Below, in pieces: positions 9,815 to 20,210 of a DNA stretch of 64,000 nt. This stretch comes from Rhodothermales bacterium (lineage in GTDB: Bacteria > Bacteroidota > Rhodothermia > Rhodothermales > Bin80). Location of the stretch: positions 1,501,058-1,565,057 of the forward strand of contig OX638318.1 in assembly GCA_951812585.1 (NCBI GenBank), read 5' to 3'. Below the pieces are notes generated by a model that saw only the letters and a list, made by a program, of their open reading frames with translations, did not search any database and had not been told where the DNA came from. A program made the translations under genes and the position numbers. The first letter of the stretch is position 1, and each line of letters starts with the position of its first letter.

Positions 9815-10969
9815 TCACGCGTAACGGTTCAGCGCAATAGGCATGACCAGCATAAAGAGATCAGCACCCGGGATCTGCTCCGTCGGGTGCACGATACCGG
9901 CCTTGTCCGCCTTGCCCCACAAAATGATGACATCGTCGCTATCGATGTTCTGGAGGACGCCGGCAAGGTAGCGGGCGTTGAAAGCCAGCGTCAACTTGCC
10001 GGTTTCCTCCGGGCTGTCCTCAAACTCGCAAGGGATCGTTTCAAAAGCGGAGTGGGAGCGCTCAAGGTCCTCGGCACTGACCTTCATGGAGTCAGGCGAC
10101 ACATCCACGCGGATCTGTTGAATGGTCGTCCCCGCGAAGAGCGCCGTGCGCTGTACGGCGGCAAGGAAATCCATGCGATTGACCGTAAGCCGCCGCTCGT
10201 TTTTCAGCAAGGACACAACGCGCTCGTATTTGGGAAAGGGCGCATCGATCCGGGCGGCGGTCAGGCTGGCCGTGCCAAAGTCAAAGCACACATGGTGTTT
10301 GCTCACTTTCAGCGTGCAGGTGTCCTGGCCGGACAGACGGCCCAAGGTCTTGAGCGGGGCGCCGGGGACCACCACATCAGCAGTGCCCTCGCATTTGGCA
10401 GTGGTCACCTTGAAGCGCACCAGGCGATGGCTGTCGGTGGCAACGATATACAGGCCATCTTCACGAAGCTGGAAAAGGAACCCTGTCATGGCCAGCCGTG
10501 CCGGCTCCTGCCCGATGGCGAAGCTGCTCGTAGCGATAGCCTTCAGCAAGAGATCCCGTTCAATCTCGACCTTATGCAGCGGATCCACGCCCGGGATCGC
10601 AGGAAAGTCTCCCCCGTCAAACCCGGATACGACGTACTGGCCGCGTTCGGTTGTGATGGTGAGCCGGAAACTATCCGAGTATTCAAAAGTGACCGACTCA
10701 TCCCCCAAGCTTCGCATTGTCTTAAGCAAATACGAGGCAGGAACAGCGATGCGTGCCGGGCGCTCCGGAGGCGGGCCTGCAAACTGGACCTTGAGGTGCT
10801 CCACGATGGAGTGAAGATGAAGGTTAGTCGCCGCCAGACGAAGGTGGTCATCCTCGTCACGTTCAAGCAGTATGCAGGTTGCAATAGGCAGCGTCGTCTT
10901 TTGCTTGATGGCTGCCTCTACGCTTTCCAAGGCCCGTGTCAGGACCTTGCTGTTGGTGGTGAATTTCAT
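9815..10969 (-). CDS. dnaN: DNA polymerase III beta clamp
   Basis: VATDSHRL, FPKYE, AFNARYL, C-terminal LVMPI; directly follows dnaA. Confidence 0.96.
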   Translation of the reverse strand: MKFTTNSKVLTRALESVEAAIKQKTTLPIATCILLERDEDDHLRLAATNLHLHSIVEHLKVQFAGPPPERPARIAVPASYLLKTMRSLGDESVTFEYSDSFRLTITTERGQYVVSGFDGGDFPAIPGVDPLHKVEIERDLLLKAIATSSFAIGQEPARLAMTGFLFQLREDGLYIVATDSHRLVRFKVTTAKCEGTADVVVPGAPLKTLGRLSGQDTCTLKVSKHHVCFDFGTASLTAARIDAPFPKYERVVSLLKNERRLTVNRMDFLAAVQRTALFAGTTIQQIRVDVSPDSMKVSAEDLERSHSAFETIPCEFEDSPEETGKLTLAFNARYLAGVLQNIDSDDVIILWGKADKAGIVHPTEQIPGADLFMLVMPIALNRYA

Positions 10970-11060
10970 GGAACTCTTGAGAGGTTGGTAACGAATCTAC
11001 GCAAAAACGACGGCCTTGTGCCCACAGTTAAGGGCCTCCGGCGGCGCGAGGAGTGGCGCC

Positions 11061-12491
11061 TCAGGGAGGGTTCGCAATGAGCGAACGCCGGATGTGCACC
11101 ATCATTTCGCGGTACTGCGAATTCGTTTCCATCTGGTTGTTCACGCTTCGCTCCGAATGCACTACCGTGGAGTGGTCGCGTCCGCCAAACTGCAGCCCAA
11201 TGGTCTTCAGCGAATTCTGAGTAAGCTCCCTCGCAAAGAACATTGCGATCTGGCGCGCCTGTACGACCTCTCTTTTTCGCGTCTTTGCACGGACGAGGTC
11301 TGGATTCAGCTTGAAGTAGTCGCAGACGATCTTCACGATATAGTCGATCGTTACGTGGGTGGGCTGATCGTGGATGAAGTCTTTGAGTGCCTGTCGCGCC
11401 ATGGCGGCGTTGATTTCGTCATGGAGCAGCGTGGCATGGGTCATCAGGCGCACAAGCGCCCCCTCCAGCTCTCGGATGTTGCTCTTGATGTTGCGGGCAA
11501 TAAAGTCAGTGACGTCCTGCGGCAGATCAAGGCCCTCGTCTGCAGCCTTTCGGTTCAGGATGGCCATACGTGTTTCCAGGTCAGGGATCTGCACGTCCGC
11601 CGCCAAGCCCCACTGAAAACGGGACAAGAGTCGCTCTTCGATGCCCTTGATGTCCTTCGGCGGCCGGTCAGCCGACAGAATGATCTGCTTCCTGAGGTGG
11701 TGCAGCTCGTTGAAGACATGGAAGAACATTTCCTGGATCTTCTCCTTCTTGCCGAAGAACTGCACGTCGTCCACAATGAGCACATCGATGCTCCGGTAGT
11801 ACGCCGAAAACTGACCGATCCTGTGCTGCTCAATGGACTGCACGAATTCGTTCAAGAAGTGTTCGCTGGTCACATACCGGACACGCTTGCGTGTGTGATT
11901 GGCCAAGACATGGTTGCCGATTGCCTGGATGAGATGCGTCTTGCCCAGGCCCACGCCCCCGTAGACAAGGAAGGGGCTGAACGAATTGTCTTCGGGGTCT
12001 TGTGCGATGGCCAAAGCCGCACTGCGGGCCAGGCGGTTGCAGTCTCCTTCAACAAAGTTGTCAAACGTATTGCACCTGGAAAGACGGCTTTCTGAGGCCG
12101 GAAGCGGCACGGGAGCATTTGGCACGACCAGGTCTGGCGCTGGCCGTTTGATCACGGTCTGCGGCTGGGCGCGCAGCAAACTCGATTCACTGGGGGCGCT
12201 TTCTGCTGGCTGCGCAATGATAATCTTGTAGTACAGCCGGGCGTCCGGTCCCAGCACGCGCGTGACAGTCTCGCGGATCAGGTGATAGAAGTGCTCCTCC
12301 AGCCATTCGTAGAAGAAGTGGCTGGGAAGCTCGACTGTCAGCCGAACCTCTGAATCAACCTGGTCCAGCTCTAATGGCTTGATGGGCTCGAACCACGTAA
12401 CGAAGGTGGTGGGGTTGTCTGAGCTGCTCTCAATGTTGTCCCGGATCACCTTGAGGCAGGCATTCCAGGCTTCTTTAGCGGTGGGTTGCAT
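11061..12491 (-). CDS. dnaA: Chromosomal replication initiator DnaA
   Basis: NTFDNFVEG, Walker [38 protein letters not shown]. Confidence 0.99.
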   Translation of the reverse strand: MQPTAKEAWNACLKVIRDNIESSSDNPTTFVTWFEPIKPLELDQVDSEVRLTVELPSHFFYEWLEEHFYHLIRETVTRVLGPDARLYYKIIIAQPAESAPSESSLLRAQPQTVIKRPAPDLVVPNAPVPLPASESRLSRCNTFDNFVEGDCNRLARSAALAIAQDPEDNSFSPFLVYGGVGLGKTHLIQAIGNHVLANHTRKRVRYVTSEHFLNEFVQSIEQHRIGQFSAYYRSIDVLIVDDVQFFGKKEKIQEMFFHVFNELHHLRKQIILSADRPPKDIKGIEERLLSRFQWGLAADVQIPDLETRMAILNRKAADEGLDLPQDVTDFIARNIKSNIRELEGALVRLMTHATLLHDEINAAMARQALKDFIHDQPTHVTIDYIVKIVCDYFKLNPDLVRAKTRKREVVQARQIAMFFARELTQNSLKTIGLQFGGRDHSTVVHSERSVNNQMETNSQYREMMVHIRRSLIANPP

Positions 12492-12545
12492 TCAGTCGGC
12501 AGGCATTCAATCAGACACAGGTACAATGGTACAATTCGGGGTGCG

Positions 12546-12776
12546 TCAGGCTGCTGCGTCGATATGAAAATCATGCAGCACCGTCGTACCAGCACAGTCG
12601 TACGTCAGACTCCGGCACGCGCGAGACAGTCTCGCAGAGCGGCGATAGCAGCGCGCTCCTTGCCACCCGTTAAGGACAGGGCTGGAAAGCGCGGCCATCA
12701 GCCGCGCCACGCGCTCAATATTGTACAGGTCCGCCTTGAGGCAGGCGTCCCATGCTTCGGCTGCTGCTGCGTGCAT
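12546..12776 (-). pseudogene. Degenerate duplicate of the dnaA 5' end (domain I), still open as a 76-codon ORF
   Basis: MHAAAAEAWDACLKADLYNIE vs Dna[22 protein letters not shown]; shared DNA blocks CCTTGAGGCAGGC, TGCATTCAGTCG and GCACGCGCG(A/T)GACAGTCTCGC; internal deletion and frameshift. Confidence 0.8.
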
Positions 12777-12979
12777 TCAGTCGACTGAAGCTTGTGCGGA
12801 TAGAGCGGTGTGGGTGTGAAACAAGATACGACGGCTTCGGGATCGATGGTGCGGTCCATGCAACTGGCTGCTCATGGACGGTACCGCCAAGGGCCTTCTG
12901 CGCGGCCCACAGCCTCCTGAACACATTCGTTCGGATACATGGTGGGAAAGTAAGGCATGCGTTCAAGAGTCCGGCGACG

Positions 12980-13200
12980 ACTTATCCACAATGCATTGCT
13001 GCGCGTGCCCTTCGCCGCTCGCTGCAGCCCGCAGAATCAATGCCCGCTATATGATAAAGACATAGAGCACTAAGATTCAGATAGACAGTAATTTGGATTG
13101 CATCCAGAATTGGTTGATATTTGTTCGCATAACGGTAACATTGATTTGCGGGCCCAGTCGGACGCAACTTTTGAGTTACCCACAACTTATCCACTACATG
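12980..13200. promoter_or_regulatory. oriC: Probable oriC (DnaA boxes flanking an AT-rich unwinding region)
   Basis: Perfect TTATCCACA 12982-12990; TTACCCACA 13176-13184 and TTATCCACT 13187-13195; AT-rich 13050-13145; upstream of dnaA. Confidence 0.75.
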
Positions 13201-13280
13201 AAAAATCCAAGATTGCGGCACGGCGTGTTGCGCGGTCAGGGTCGGAACCCGTGCGGTCAGGTACCGTTTACTGGTGCGCA

Positions 13281-13754
13281 ATGTACATGGGAGAGGTTGC
13301 ACTGGTTGCGGGCACGCGGTGCCGCTTGATGCCCGGGCCTCAGGACCTGGAGCTAGATCCTGAGGCGTTCACGGGCATACAGATAGTTGTTGAATTGTCA
13401 CGAGAGGGTAAGGACCTGATGCTCACGCTGGAGGCATCGGCGGATGCACATTTGCTTTGTGATCGCACCCTGGATCCATTCACCGTGCGGGTGTCGGGGT
13501 GCTGCAGGATTCTGCTGCAGGAAGGCGGCAATCCGGCGTGCCGGGAGCCTTTTGATGAGACGATCAGTGTGGTGCCGCAGCAGCAGGTGATCGACGTTGC
13601 ACCGCTGGCGCGCGATACACTGGTGTTAGCGGTTCCCGCCCGCAAGGTAGCGCCGCATGCAGTGGGCATTGAGCTGCCCCGCGTCTTTGGTGCGCCAGCG
13701 CCTGCAATCGCACCGCACTTGGCACCGTTGCTACCACAACAGACCGATTATTGA
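13281..13754 (+). CDS. yceD: DUF177/YceD family protein
   Basis: CDRTL motif, ID..LARDTLVLAVPARK; directly before rpmF; start uncertain. Confidence 0.75.
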   Translation: MYMGEVALVAGTRCRLMPGPQDLELDPEAFTGIQIVVELSREGKDLMLTLEASADAHLLCDRTLDPFTVRVSGCCRILLQEGGNPACREPFDETISVVPQQQVIDVAPLARDTLVLAVPARKVAPHAVGIELPRVFGAPAPAIAPHLAPLLPQQTDY

Positions 13755-13760
13755 CAGCCT

Positions 13761-13952
13761 ATGGCTAATCCCAAGCGCAAGCATTCGAAGGCACGCACCC
13801 GCAAGCGCCGCAGCGGATATTATGGTGGCCTTGGCCGCCCGGACACGATGGCATGCGAACGGTGCGGCACGGCGAAGCTGCGACATAGGGTATGTCCGAG
13901 CTGCGGCACGTATCGCGGTCGGCAGATCATTGAAGTTGAGGATGCTGTATAG
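13761..13952 (+). CDS. rpmF: 50S ribosomal protein L32
   Basis: MANPKRKHSKARTRKRR, CxxC...HRVCPSCGTYRGR. Confidence 0.98.
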   Translation: MANPKRKHSKARTRKRRSGYYGGLGRPDTMACERCGTAKLRHRVCPSCGTYRGRQIIEVEDAV

Positions 13953-14010
13953 TGTCCGCTTGTTGCCTAGGTAGCGGGCCGACGGCTTGGCACAGGGTAG
14001 TCTCGGCCAT

Positions 14011-15027
14011 ATGAAGACTGCAAGCGTTGCAGTTGACGCAATGGGCGGCGACCACGCGCCGGGGGTCGTCATTGAAGGGGCGCTTCGCGTGGTGCGCCAG
14101 GCCGACTGCAACCTGCACCTGGTGCTGTTTGGGCCGATGCCGGTGCTTAAGAAGGAGATGGCCCGCCAGGCACCCGATGGTCATCCGTGCATAGAGCTCA
14201 GGCACGCGCCTGAAGTGATCGGCATGGGCGAGATACCGGTTGCTGCGGTGCGTGCCAAGCCGCGATCTTCCATGCACCTCGGCCTCCGGTATCACCGGGA
14301 CGGCAAGGCGGATGCGTTTGTCAGTGCGGGCAACACGGGTGCCATTGCCGCGGCTTCCCTGTTTGTACTGGGGCGTCTCTCCGGGGTGACGCGGCCCTCC
14401 CTCTCGTCCTACTATCCCACCACGGAAGGTGTTTGCCTGGTTCTGGATGTTGGCTCCAACATGGACTCCAAGCCGGAGCATTTGCTCCAGTTTGCACTGA
14501 TGGGAACGGCCTACGCGCGCTGCTTACTGGGCATTGCAGAGCCACGCGTCAGCCTTTTGAGCGTGGGCGAGGAGCCGCAAAAGGGCAATGAGCTGGTGCG
14601 TGCTGCGTATAAGCTGCTGGCGGCAGCGACCAATCTCCACTTTAGAGGAAACATTGAGGGGCGTGATATTTTGCACCACGCCGCGGATGTCGTCGTGTGC
14701 GATGGCTTTGTGGGCAACGTGGTACTGAAGCTCGCCGAGAGCGTCATGACGGTCCTGCCAAAGATGATCAGCCAGGAGGTTGCCACACAAGGACTGGACC
14801 CAACCGCCGTAGAGAGCTTTGCAACTATTCTGCAGGGACTTAAGCGGCGGTTCGATCCAGAGACCTACGGGGGCGGTGCGCCCTTGCTAGGGGTTAACGG
14901 GACCGTGCTGGTGCTGCACGGTAGCTCTCCGGCGCGCGCCTTCGAAAAAGCATATTTCATGGCTGCACAGACTGCCTCCGCCGACCTGACCGGCACCATC
15001 CTGCGCCTGATCAAAGGAGCCGATTGA
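14011..15027 (+). CDS. plsX: Phosphate acyltransferase PlsX
   Basis: VAVDAMGGDHAP, SAGNTGA, GNIEGRD, DGFVGNVVLK. Confidence 0.97.
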   Translation: MKTASVAVDAMGGDHAPGVVIEGALRVVRQADCNLHLVLFGPMPVLKKEMARQAPDGHPCIELRHAPEVIGMGEIPVAAVRAKPRSSMHLGLRYHRDGKADAFVSAGNTGAIAAASLFVLGRLSGVTRPSLSSYYPTTEGVCLVLDVGSNMDSKPEHLLQFALMGTAYARCLLGIAEPRVSLLSVGEEPQKGNELVRAAYKLLAAATNLHFRGNIEGRDILHHAADVVVCDGFVGNVVLKLAESVMTVLPKMISQEVATQGLDPTAVESFATILQGLKRRFDPETYGGGAPLLGVNGTVLVLHGSSPARAFEKAYFMAAQTASADLTGTILRLIKGAD

Positions 15028-15037
15028 ATGTGTCAAT

Positions 15038-16072
15038 ATGATTAGAGCAGCGATTACGTCCGTAGGCCACTTCCTGCCGGAGGAGCGGCTTACCAACGCG
15101 GACTTTGAGCAGATGGTGGACACCACGGACGAGTGGATACGGTCGCGTACGGGCATCCGTGAGCGCCGCATCCTGCGAGACAAGGACAAAGCGACCACCT
15201 ACATGGCCATCAAGGCGGCTAAGGAGGCACTCAAGAAACGCGGCATGAGCGGTCCCGATGTGGATGTGATCATTGTGGCTACCGTAACGCCGGACATGTT
15301 CTTTCCGGCGAACGCCTGCCAGGTGCAAGCCGCTTTGGGCGCGACGAAGGCCTGGGGATTTGACCTTTCGGCCGCGTGCAGCGGGTTTGTGTTTGGGCTA
15401 AGCACCGCGGCATGCCTTATAGAAAGCGGGCGCTACAGGAATGTGCTGCTGATCGGCAGCGACAAGATGAGCAGCATAACCGACTACACTGATCGCGAAA
15501 CGTGCGTCCTCTTCGGCGATGCGGCGGGCGCCGTGCTCCTGGAGCCCAACGCCGATGGCAACGGCATCGTGGACTCCGTGCTGCGCACCAAGGGCGAAGG
15601 CTGGGAAGCGTTGTGCATGCTGGGTGGCGGGAGCCTTAATCCGCCGACCCACCAGACAGTGGACCGGAAGATGCACTACATTCATCAGGATGGGCGCACG
15701 GTATTTCGTTTCGCTGTGAATGCCTTTGCGGACATAGCCGCCGAAGTGATGCAGCGCAATGGGCTTACCAGCGACGATGTGCGCTTTTTTGTGCCGCACC
15801 AGGCGAATCAGCGCATCATTGATGCGGCGGCGCGGCGCATGGGCCTGGCGTCTGACCGCGTTATGATCAACATCAGTCGCTACGGCAATACGACGGCTGC
15901 GACCATTCCGCTCTGTCTCTACGACTGGGAGCACGCGCTGCGCAAGGACGACAACATTGTGCTGGCGGCCTTTGGGGGTGGATACACATGGGGTGCCACC
16001 TACGTCAGGTGGGCCTACACCGGCGTTGCCCAGCCGAGAGCGACGGCGCGGGCGATGGAAGCGGTAGGCTAA
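15038..16072 (+). CDS. fabH: 3-oxoacyl-ACP synthase III
   Basis: WIRSRTGIRERR, AACSGF, PHQANQRI, YGNTTAA. Confidence 0.97.
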   Translation: MIRAAITSVGHFLPEERLTNADFEQMVDTTDEWIRSRTGIRERRILRDKDKATTYMAIKAAKEALKKRGMSGPDVDVIIVATVTPDMFFPANACQVQAALGATKAWGFDLSAACSGFVFGLSTAACLIESGRYRNVLLIGSDKMSSITDYTDRETCVLFGDAAGAVLLEPNADGNGIVDSVLRTKGEGWEALCMLGGGSLNPPTHQTVDRKMHYIHQDGRTVFRFAVNAFADIAAEVMQRNGLTSDDVRFFVPHQANQRIIDAAARRMGLASDRVMINISRYGNTTAATIPLCLYDWEHALRKDDNIVLAAFGGGYTWGATYVRWAYTGVAQPRATARAMEAVG

Positions 16073-16088
16073 CCGGAGGGTCATCATC

Positions 16089-17027
16089 GTGCGCACCGCA
16101 TACCTGTTTCCGGGTCAGGGATCGCAGCTTCCGGGCATGGGGAGCGACCTGTACGACACGTATGCAGAGGCGCGTGCGGTCTTTGATGAGGCAGACCGTG
16201 TGCTGGAGTTTTCGCTGACGTCGCACTGCTTCGCGCACGGTCAAGAGGCGATGGCGGCGCTAACCCGGACTGATGTTTGCCAGCCGGCGATCTTTGCGCA
16301 TTCCGTGGCCGCATTCAGGGTCCTGGAATGCGCACCGGACATGGTGGCCGGCCACAGTGTAGGAGAATACAGCGCACTCGCGGCCTGCGGTGCCATCAGC
16401 CTCGCTGATGGACTGCGCACCGTGCGGCAGCGCGCGCGGCTGATGGCACAGGCGGGTCAGGCGCGCCCCGGCACCATGTGCGCGGTGCTGGGGCTGGACG
16501 AGGACAGTGTCCGGGACGTGTGCCGGGCTGCCTCGGATGCGGAAGGGCATGTCCAGCCGGCCAACTTCAATGCACCGGGGCAAGTCGTAATCTCGGGTGA
16601 CAGGCAAGCGGTGGCGCATGCGGGAGAGTTGGCCAAGGCGCGCGGCGCGCGGCGCGTAATACCGCTGAAGGTCAGCGGCGCATTTCATTCCATGCTGATG
16701 CAAGCGGTTCACCACCGCTTTGCGCGCACGGTCGAGGCCCTGGACATCAGAAGGCCCCGGTGTCCGATTTACTTGAACGCTACTGCGGAGCCGACCACTG
16801 ATCCCCGGGAGATACGGCTGCGGATGCTTCAGCAGCTGACTGCTCCGGTGCGCTGGATGCAGTCATTGCATGCAATGCAGGCGGACGGGGCCGCGCGCTT
16901 TGTGGAAGTCGGGCCAGGCCGCATCTTGTCGGGGCTGGTGCGCCGCACACTGGGGCGCAAGACTTTGGCCACTCAGGTGAGCACGAGGAGGCACGTTGAA
17001 CAAATGCATGCAAGCCATGAACTTTGA
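16089..17027 (+). CDS. fabD: Malonyl-CoA:ACP transacylase
   Basis: FPGQGSQ, GHSVGEY, VSGAFHS, EVGPG. Confidence 0.97.
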   Translation: MRTAYLFPGQGSQLPGMGSDLYDTYAEARAVFDEADRVLEFSLTSHCFAHGQEAMAALTRTDVCQPAIFAHSVAAFRVLECAPDMVAGHSVGEYSALAACGAISLADGLRTVRQRARLMAQAGQARPGTMCAVLGLDEDSVRDVCRAASDAEGHVQPANFNAPGQVVISGDRQAVAHAGELAKARGARRVIPLKVSGAFHSMLMQAVHHRFARTVEALDIRRPRCPIYLNATAEPTTDPREIRLRMLQQLTAPVRWMQSLHAMQADGAARFVEVGPGRILSGLVRRTLGRKTLATQVSTRRHVEQMHASHEL

Positions 17028-17751
17028 AGGGAGGACGGTTCTGGTCACGGGCGGCACGCGCGGCATTGGCCACGCCATCGTACGGGCCTTCGCGGGAGCG
17101 GGTGCTCGTGTAGCCTTCACCTACCGCAGTTCGGCCGCGGCTGCGGCGGCGCTTGAGGAGGAATGGGGCGCAGCGGTGCGGTCCTTTCAGGGAGATGGGG
17201 CCGAGATGGTGGCTGCAACAGCGGCCGTGGACGGCGTACTGCGCGCATGGGAGCGCCTGGATATCCTTGTGAACAATGCCGGCATCACCCGTGACAACCT
17301 GCTCTTGCGCATGAGCGAAAGCGATTGGGATACGGTGCTGGCGGCAAACCTGCGCAGCATGTTCAACTTTAGCAAGGCGGCCTGCCGGACCATGATGCGG
17401 CAGCGCAGCGGGCGCATCATAAACGTTTCGTCCATCGTCGGCATCAGCGGCAATGCCGGACAGGCCAACTACGCAGCATCCAAGGCGGGTGTCTTTGGCT
17501 TCACCAAGAGCCTGGCCAAGGAACTGGGCGCTCGCAAGATTACAGTGAACGCGGTGGCTCCGGGCTATGTCGTCACCGACATGACGCGCGCGTTGCCGGA
17601 TAAGGTGCGCAGCGATCTTGTGCGCCGGATTCCTTTGCGCCGTGAGGCTACGCCGGACGAAATCGCACAGCCGGTGCTGTTTCTGGCCTCTGAAGCAGCC
17701 GCATACATCACCGGCCATACGCTGGTGGTTGACGGAGGCATGGCAATGTGA
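17017..17751 (+). CDS. fabG: 3-oxoacyl-ACP reductase
   Basis: TGGTRGIG, NNAGITRDNL, NYAASKAG; in fab operon. Confidence 0.96.
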   Translation: MNFEGRTVLVTGGTRGIGHAIVRAFAGAGARVAFTYRSSAAAAAALEEEWGAAVRSFQGDGAEMVAATAAVDGVLRAWERLDILVNNAGITRDNLLLRMSESDWDTVLAANLRSMFNFSKAACRTMMRQRSGRIINVSSIVGISGNAGQANYAASKAGVFGFTKSLAKELGARKITVNAVAPGYVVTDMTRALPDKVRSDLVRRIPLRREATPDEIAQPVLFLASEAAAYITGHTLVVDGGMAM

Positions 17752-17756
17752 TGTAG

Positions 17757-19211
17757 ATGCAGAATCGATTTAAGACGACCATAGATCTGACGGCACGAGC
17801 GCGTCGCACCGAAAAAGAGCACGAAGCGCGTACTCACTTTCCCCCGCCGGACCCGCCTCTTCCCAACGCGACCAAGGACACGTTGTCGCCTGCGGTGAGG
17901 TCAGCCTGCGACGCCGCCGGCTGGCCCGCGCTGATGCCGGTCCAGTCAACGGCCATCCCGTACGTGTTGGACGGACGGGACCTCATCGTGCAGTCGCGCA
18001 CGGGCAGCGGAAAGACGGGGGCGTTTATCCTGCCGTTTTTCGACCTTCTGGATGCTTCGCAATCAGTGACGCAGGCCTTGGTGTTAACGCCAACGCGCGA
18101 ACTGGCACGGCAGATTTTCGAGGAGTTCGTGCGCATGAACGCGCAGGGCACGCTGACGGGCGCACTGGTCTATGGTGGCGTGGGTTATGAGGAGCAGATC
18201 AAGCAGCTCCGGGCGGGTGCTCATCTGGTCGTCGGCACGCCTGGACGGATTCTGGACCACCTGCAGCGGCGAACGTTCACCTTGTCCCGTCTGTCGGTCC
18301 TGGTCCTGGACGAGGCGGACGAGATGCTGTCCTTGGGCTTTATGCCCGATATGCAAGTGCTCCAGCGTTATTTGCCTCCGGCTCGGCAATCATACATGTT
18401 CAGTGCGACCATGCCACCGAAGGTGCGGGTGCTGGGGCGCATGTTTCTGAACGCGCCGGCCTTTCTGGGCCTCAGCGAGGATCAGATCAGCGTAGAAACC
18501 ATACGGCACTGGTACTGTCGCGTGGACCAGATTGGCAAATCCCGTGCGCTGATACGGCTGTTGGAGGTGGAAGACCCGTCGTCGGCTATCGTCTTTGCGA
18601 ACACGCGCACGGAAGTGTCCTTTGTGGCCTCCTTCCTGCGCAATTACGGCTTTGCTGCGGCGGCCATGTCCGGCAAGTTGACGCAGCAGATGCGCGAGCG
18701 GGCCATGCAGCGGCTAAAGACGGGCCGGCTCCGCATCCTTGTGGCCACCGATGTGGCCGCACGGGGCATCGACATCAGCCAACTGAGCCATGTGATTCAG
18801 TATGATGTGCCCCAGAACATGGAAATGTATATTCATCGCACGGGGCGCACTGCACGGGCGGGCCGGACCGGGACCGCCATAACGCTGGCCACGTTTGACG
18901 ATGTACAACACCTTGGCGCCATAGCGCGCTACTATGCATTGGATATGGAAAAGCGCCCACTGCCCACGGAAAGAGAGGCTACGGAACGCATCGTGGAACG
19001 TACGACGGAAGCCCTGGAGGGTGTGCTTGCAAACAAGACCCGTCTGGATCGGGAGCGTCTGACGCGCTTCATCCCTTTGGTGCAGTCGCTTGCGCAGGAG
19101 AAGCCCGCCCTTTTGGCCATGCTTCTGGATGAGCTGCATCAGCGGCACAGCCGTGGCGCGCGAAACACGGGCCAAAAGGGTCGGCATGGCCGCCGCAAAG
19201 CACAGTCATGA
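17757..19211 (+). CDS. DEAD/DEAH-box RNA helicase
   Basis: SRTGSGKT, PTRELA, TPGR, DEAD, SAT, ARGID, HRTGRTARAG. Confidence 0.95.
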   Translation: MQNRFKTTIDLTARARRTEKEHEARTHFPPPDPPLPNATKDTLSPAVRSACDAAGWPALMPVQSTAIPYVLDGRDLIVQSRTGSGKTGAFILPFFDLLDASQSVTQALVLTPTRELARQIFEEFVRMNAQGTLTGALVYGGVGYEEQIKQLRAGAHLVVGTPGRILDHLQRRTFTLSRLSVLVLDEADEMLSLGFMPDMQVLQRYLPPARQSYMFSATMPPKVRVLGRMFLNAPAFLGLSEDQISVETIRHWYCRVDQIGKSRALIRLLEVEDPSSAIVFANTRTEVSFVASFLRNYGFAAAAMSGKLTQQMRERAMQRLKTGRLRILVATDVAARGIDISQLSHVIQYDVPQNMEMYIHRTGRTARAGRTGTAITLATFDDVQHLGAIARYYALDMEKRPLPTEREATERIVERTTEALEGVLANKTRLDRERLTRFIPLVQSLAQEKPALLAMLLDELHQRHSRGARNTGQKGRHGRRKAQS

Positions 19212-19687
19212 AGCGCAGCACGCTGGTGGCCGGCCTGACCTTGGCGGCGCTGAGCGGAGCGAGTGGCGGCTGTACGCAGTCCGATCAGTACCTGCAGTTC
19301 GCCGCACCGGTGGATGTGGCCGGCTTTGTAGAGGCGGCTACGCGCGGAGAGCGGATGTGGACGCGCGCGGCGCTCACACTGCGATTTGGCGATCCGATCA
19401 CGGAAACGCAGGAAGGCGACCGCGTGTTGCTCGCGTATTACGGCTTCGAGCTCGGCATCGAGGCGGATTCACTCATCCATATTGCCTTCACAGACAGTCG
19501 GCATACGGCGCCAGAGGGCATTCGCGTGGGCTATGCCGCGACACAGGTCCGCCGGCTGTGGGGGCCGCCAAAGGAGCAAACGTGGGACCTGTGGACGTAT
19601 GAGACCCAAGGTGCCGACCTGATCCTCACGATAACCGAAGGCGTGGTAAGCCGCATCGCGTGGCACCTGCGGTCCGCGGAGCGGTAG
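19208..19687 (+). CDS. Hypothetical exported protein / lipoprotein
   Basis: ATGA overlap with helicase stop; hydrophobic N-terminus ending SGGC. Confidence 0.6.
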   Translation: MKRSTLVAGLTLAALSGASGGCTQSDQYLQFAAPVDVAGFVEAATRGERMWTRAALTLRFGDPITETQEGDRVLLAYYGFELGIEADSLIHIAFTDSRHTAPEGIRVGYAATQVRRLWGPPKEQTWDLWTYETQGADLILTITEGVVSRIAWHLRSAER

Positions 19688-19782
19688 GCTGCATCGCCGG
19701 AAGAGTCCGCGCCGGTATGCGCTCCACCAGCGCGGCGCGCTGTATGGATGCGCGACACGGGCACGGGAGGATGATGATGACG

Positions 19783-19857
19783 TGGGCGGTGAGGGATTCG
19801 AACCCCCGACCTCCTGCTTGTAAGGCAGGCGCTCTAAACCTACTGAGCTAACCGCCC
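19783..19857 (-). tRNA. tRNA-Val(TAC)
   Basis: GGGCGGTTAGCTCAG...CCTGC-CT-TAC-AA-GCAGG...GGTTCGAATCC...ACCGCCC-A. Confidence 0.96.
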
Positions 19858-19869
19858 CAGCGAGCGGGG

Positions 19870-19942
19870 AGCGGGAAACGGGGCTCGAACCCGCGACCCT
19901 CAGCTTGGGAAGCTGATGCTCTACCGACTGAGCTATTCCCGC
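19870..19942 (-). tRNA. tRNA-Gly(CCC)
   Basis: GCGGGAATAGCTCAG...TCAGC-TT-CCC-AA-GCTGA...GGTTCGAGCCC...TTCCCGC-T. Confidence 0.96.
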
Positions 19943-20053
19943 TGACGGTTGTCCAATACGCATATTCACGCCAAAAGTTTGGGCACGGTCTGGGGACATT
20001 TGTGTCTGCTGTGCGTTGGAAGGCAGTTCACGGCTAACGTCTCGCCCTAATCA

Positions 20054-20209
20054 ATGAAACGTACATACCAGCCCAGCCGGCGTAAGCGCAGAAACAAGCA
20101 TGGTTTCCGGCTGCGCATGAGCGACCGGAATGGGCGCAAGCTCCTGGCCCGACGCCGCAAGAAAGGGCGCCGCTCGTTGACGGTGAGTGATCGTTACGTG
20201 GGCAAGTAG
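20054..20209 (+). CDS. rpmH: 50S ribosomal protein L34 (not in supplied ORF track)
   Basis: Hand translation [51 protein letters not shown]. Confidence 0.98.
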   Translation: MKRTYQPSRRKRRNKHGFRLRMSDRNGRKLLARRRKKGRRSLTVSDRYVGK

Positions 20210-20210
20210 G

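Noticed and set aside
5869..12095. Long plus-strand ORFs (382, 397, 359 aa) and similar ones at 20608-22146, 47439-48347 and 61754-62833
   Set aside because: Antisense shadows of well-supported genes, expected in high-GC DNA; no motifs
13098..13280. N-terminal extension of the DUF177 ORF over the origin region
   Set aside because: Overlaps DnaA boxes and does not resemble YceD; likewise trimmed the over-long starts of frr, pyrH, rplM, mnmE, mnmG, the TPR gene and pepF
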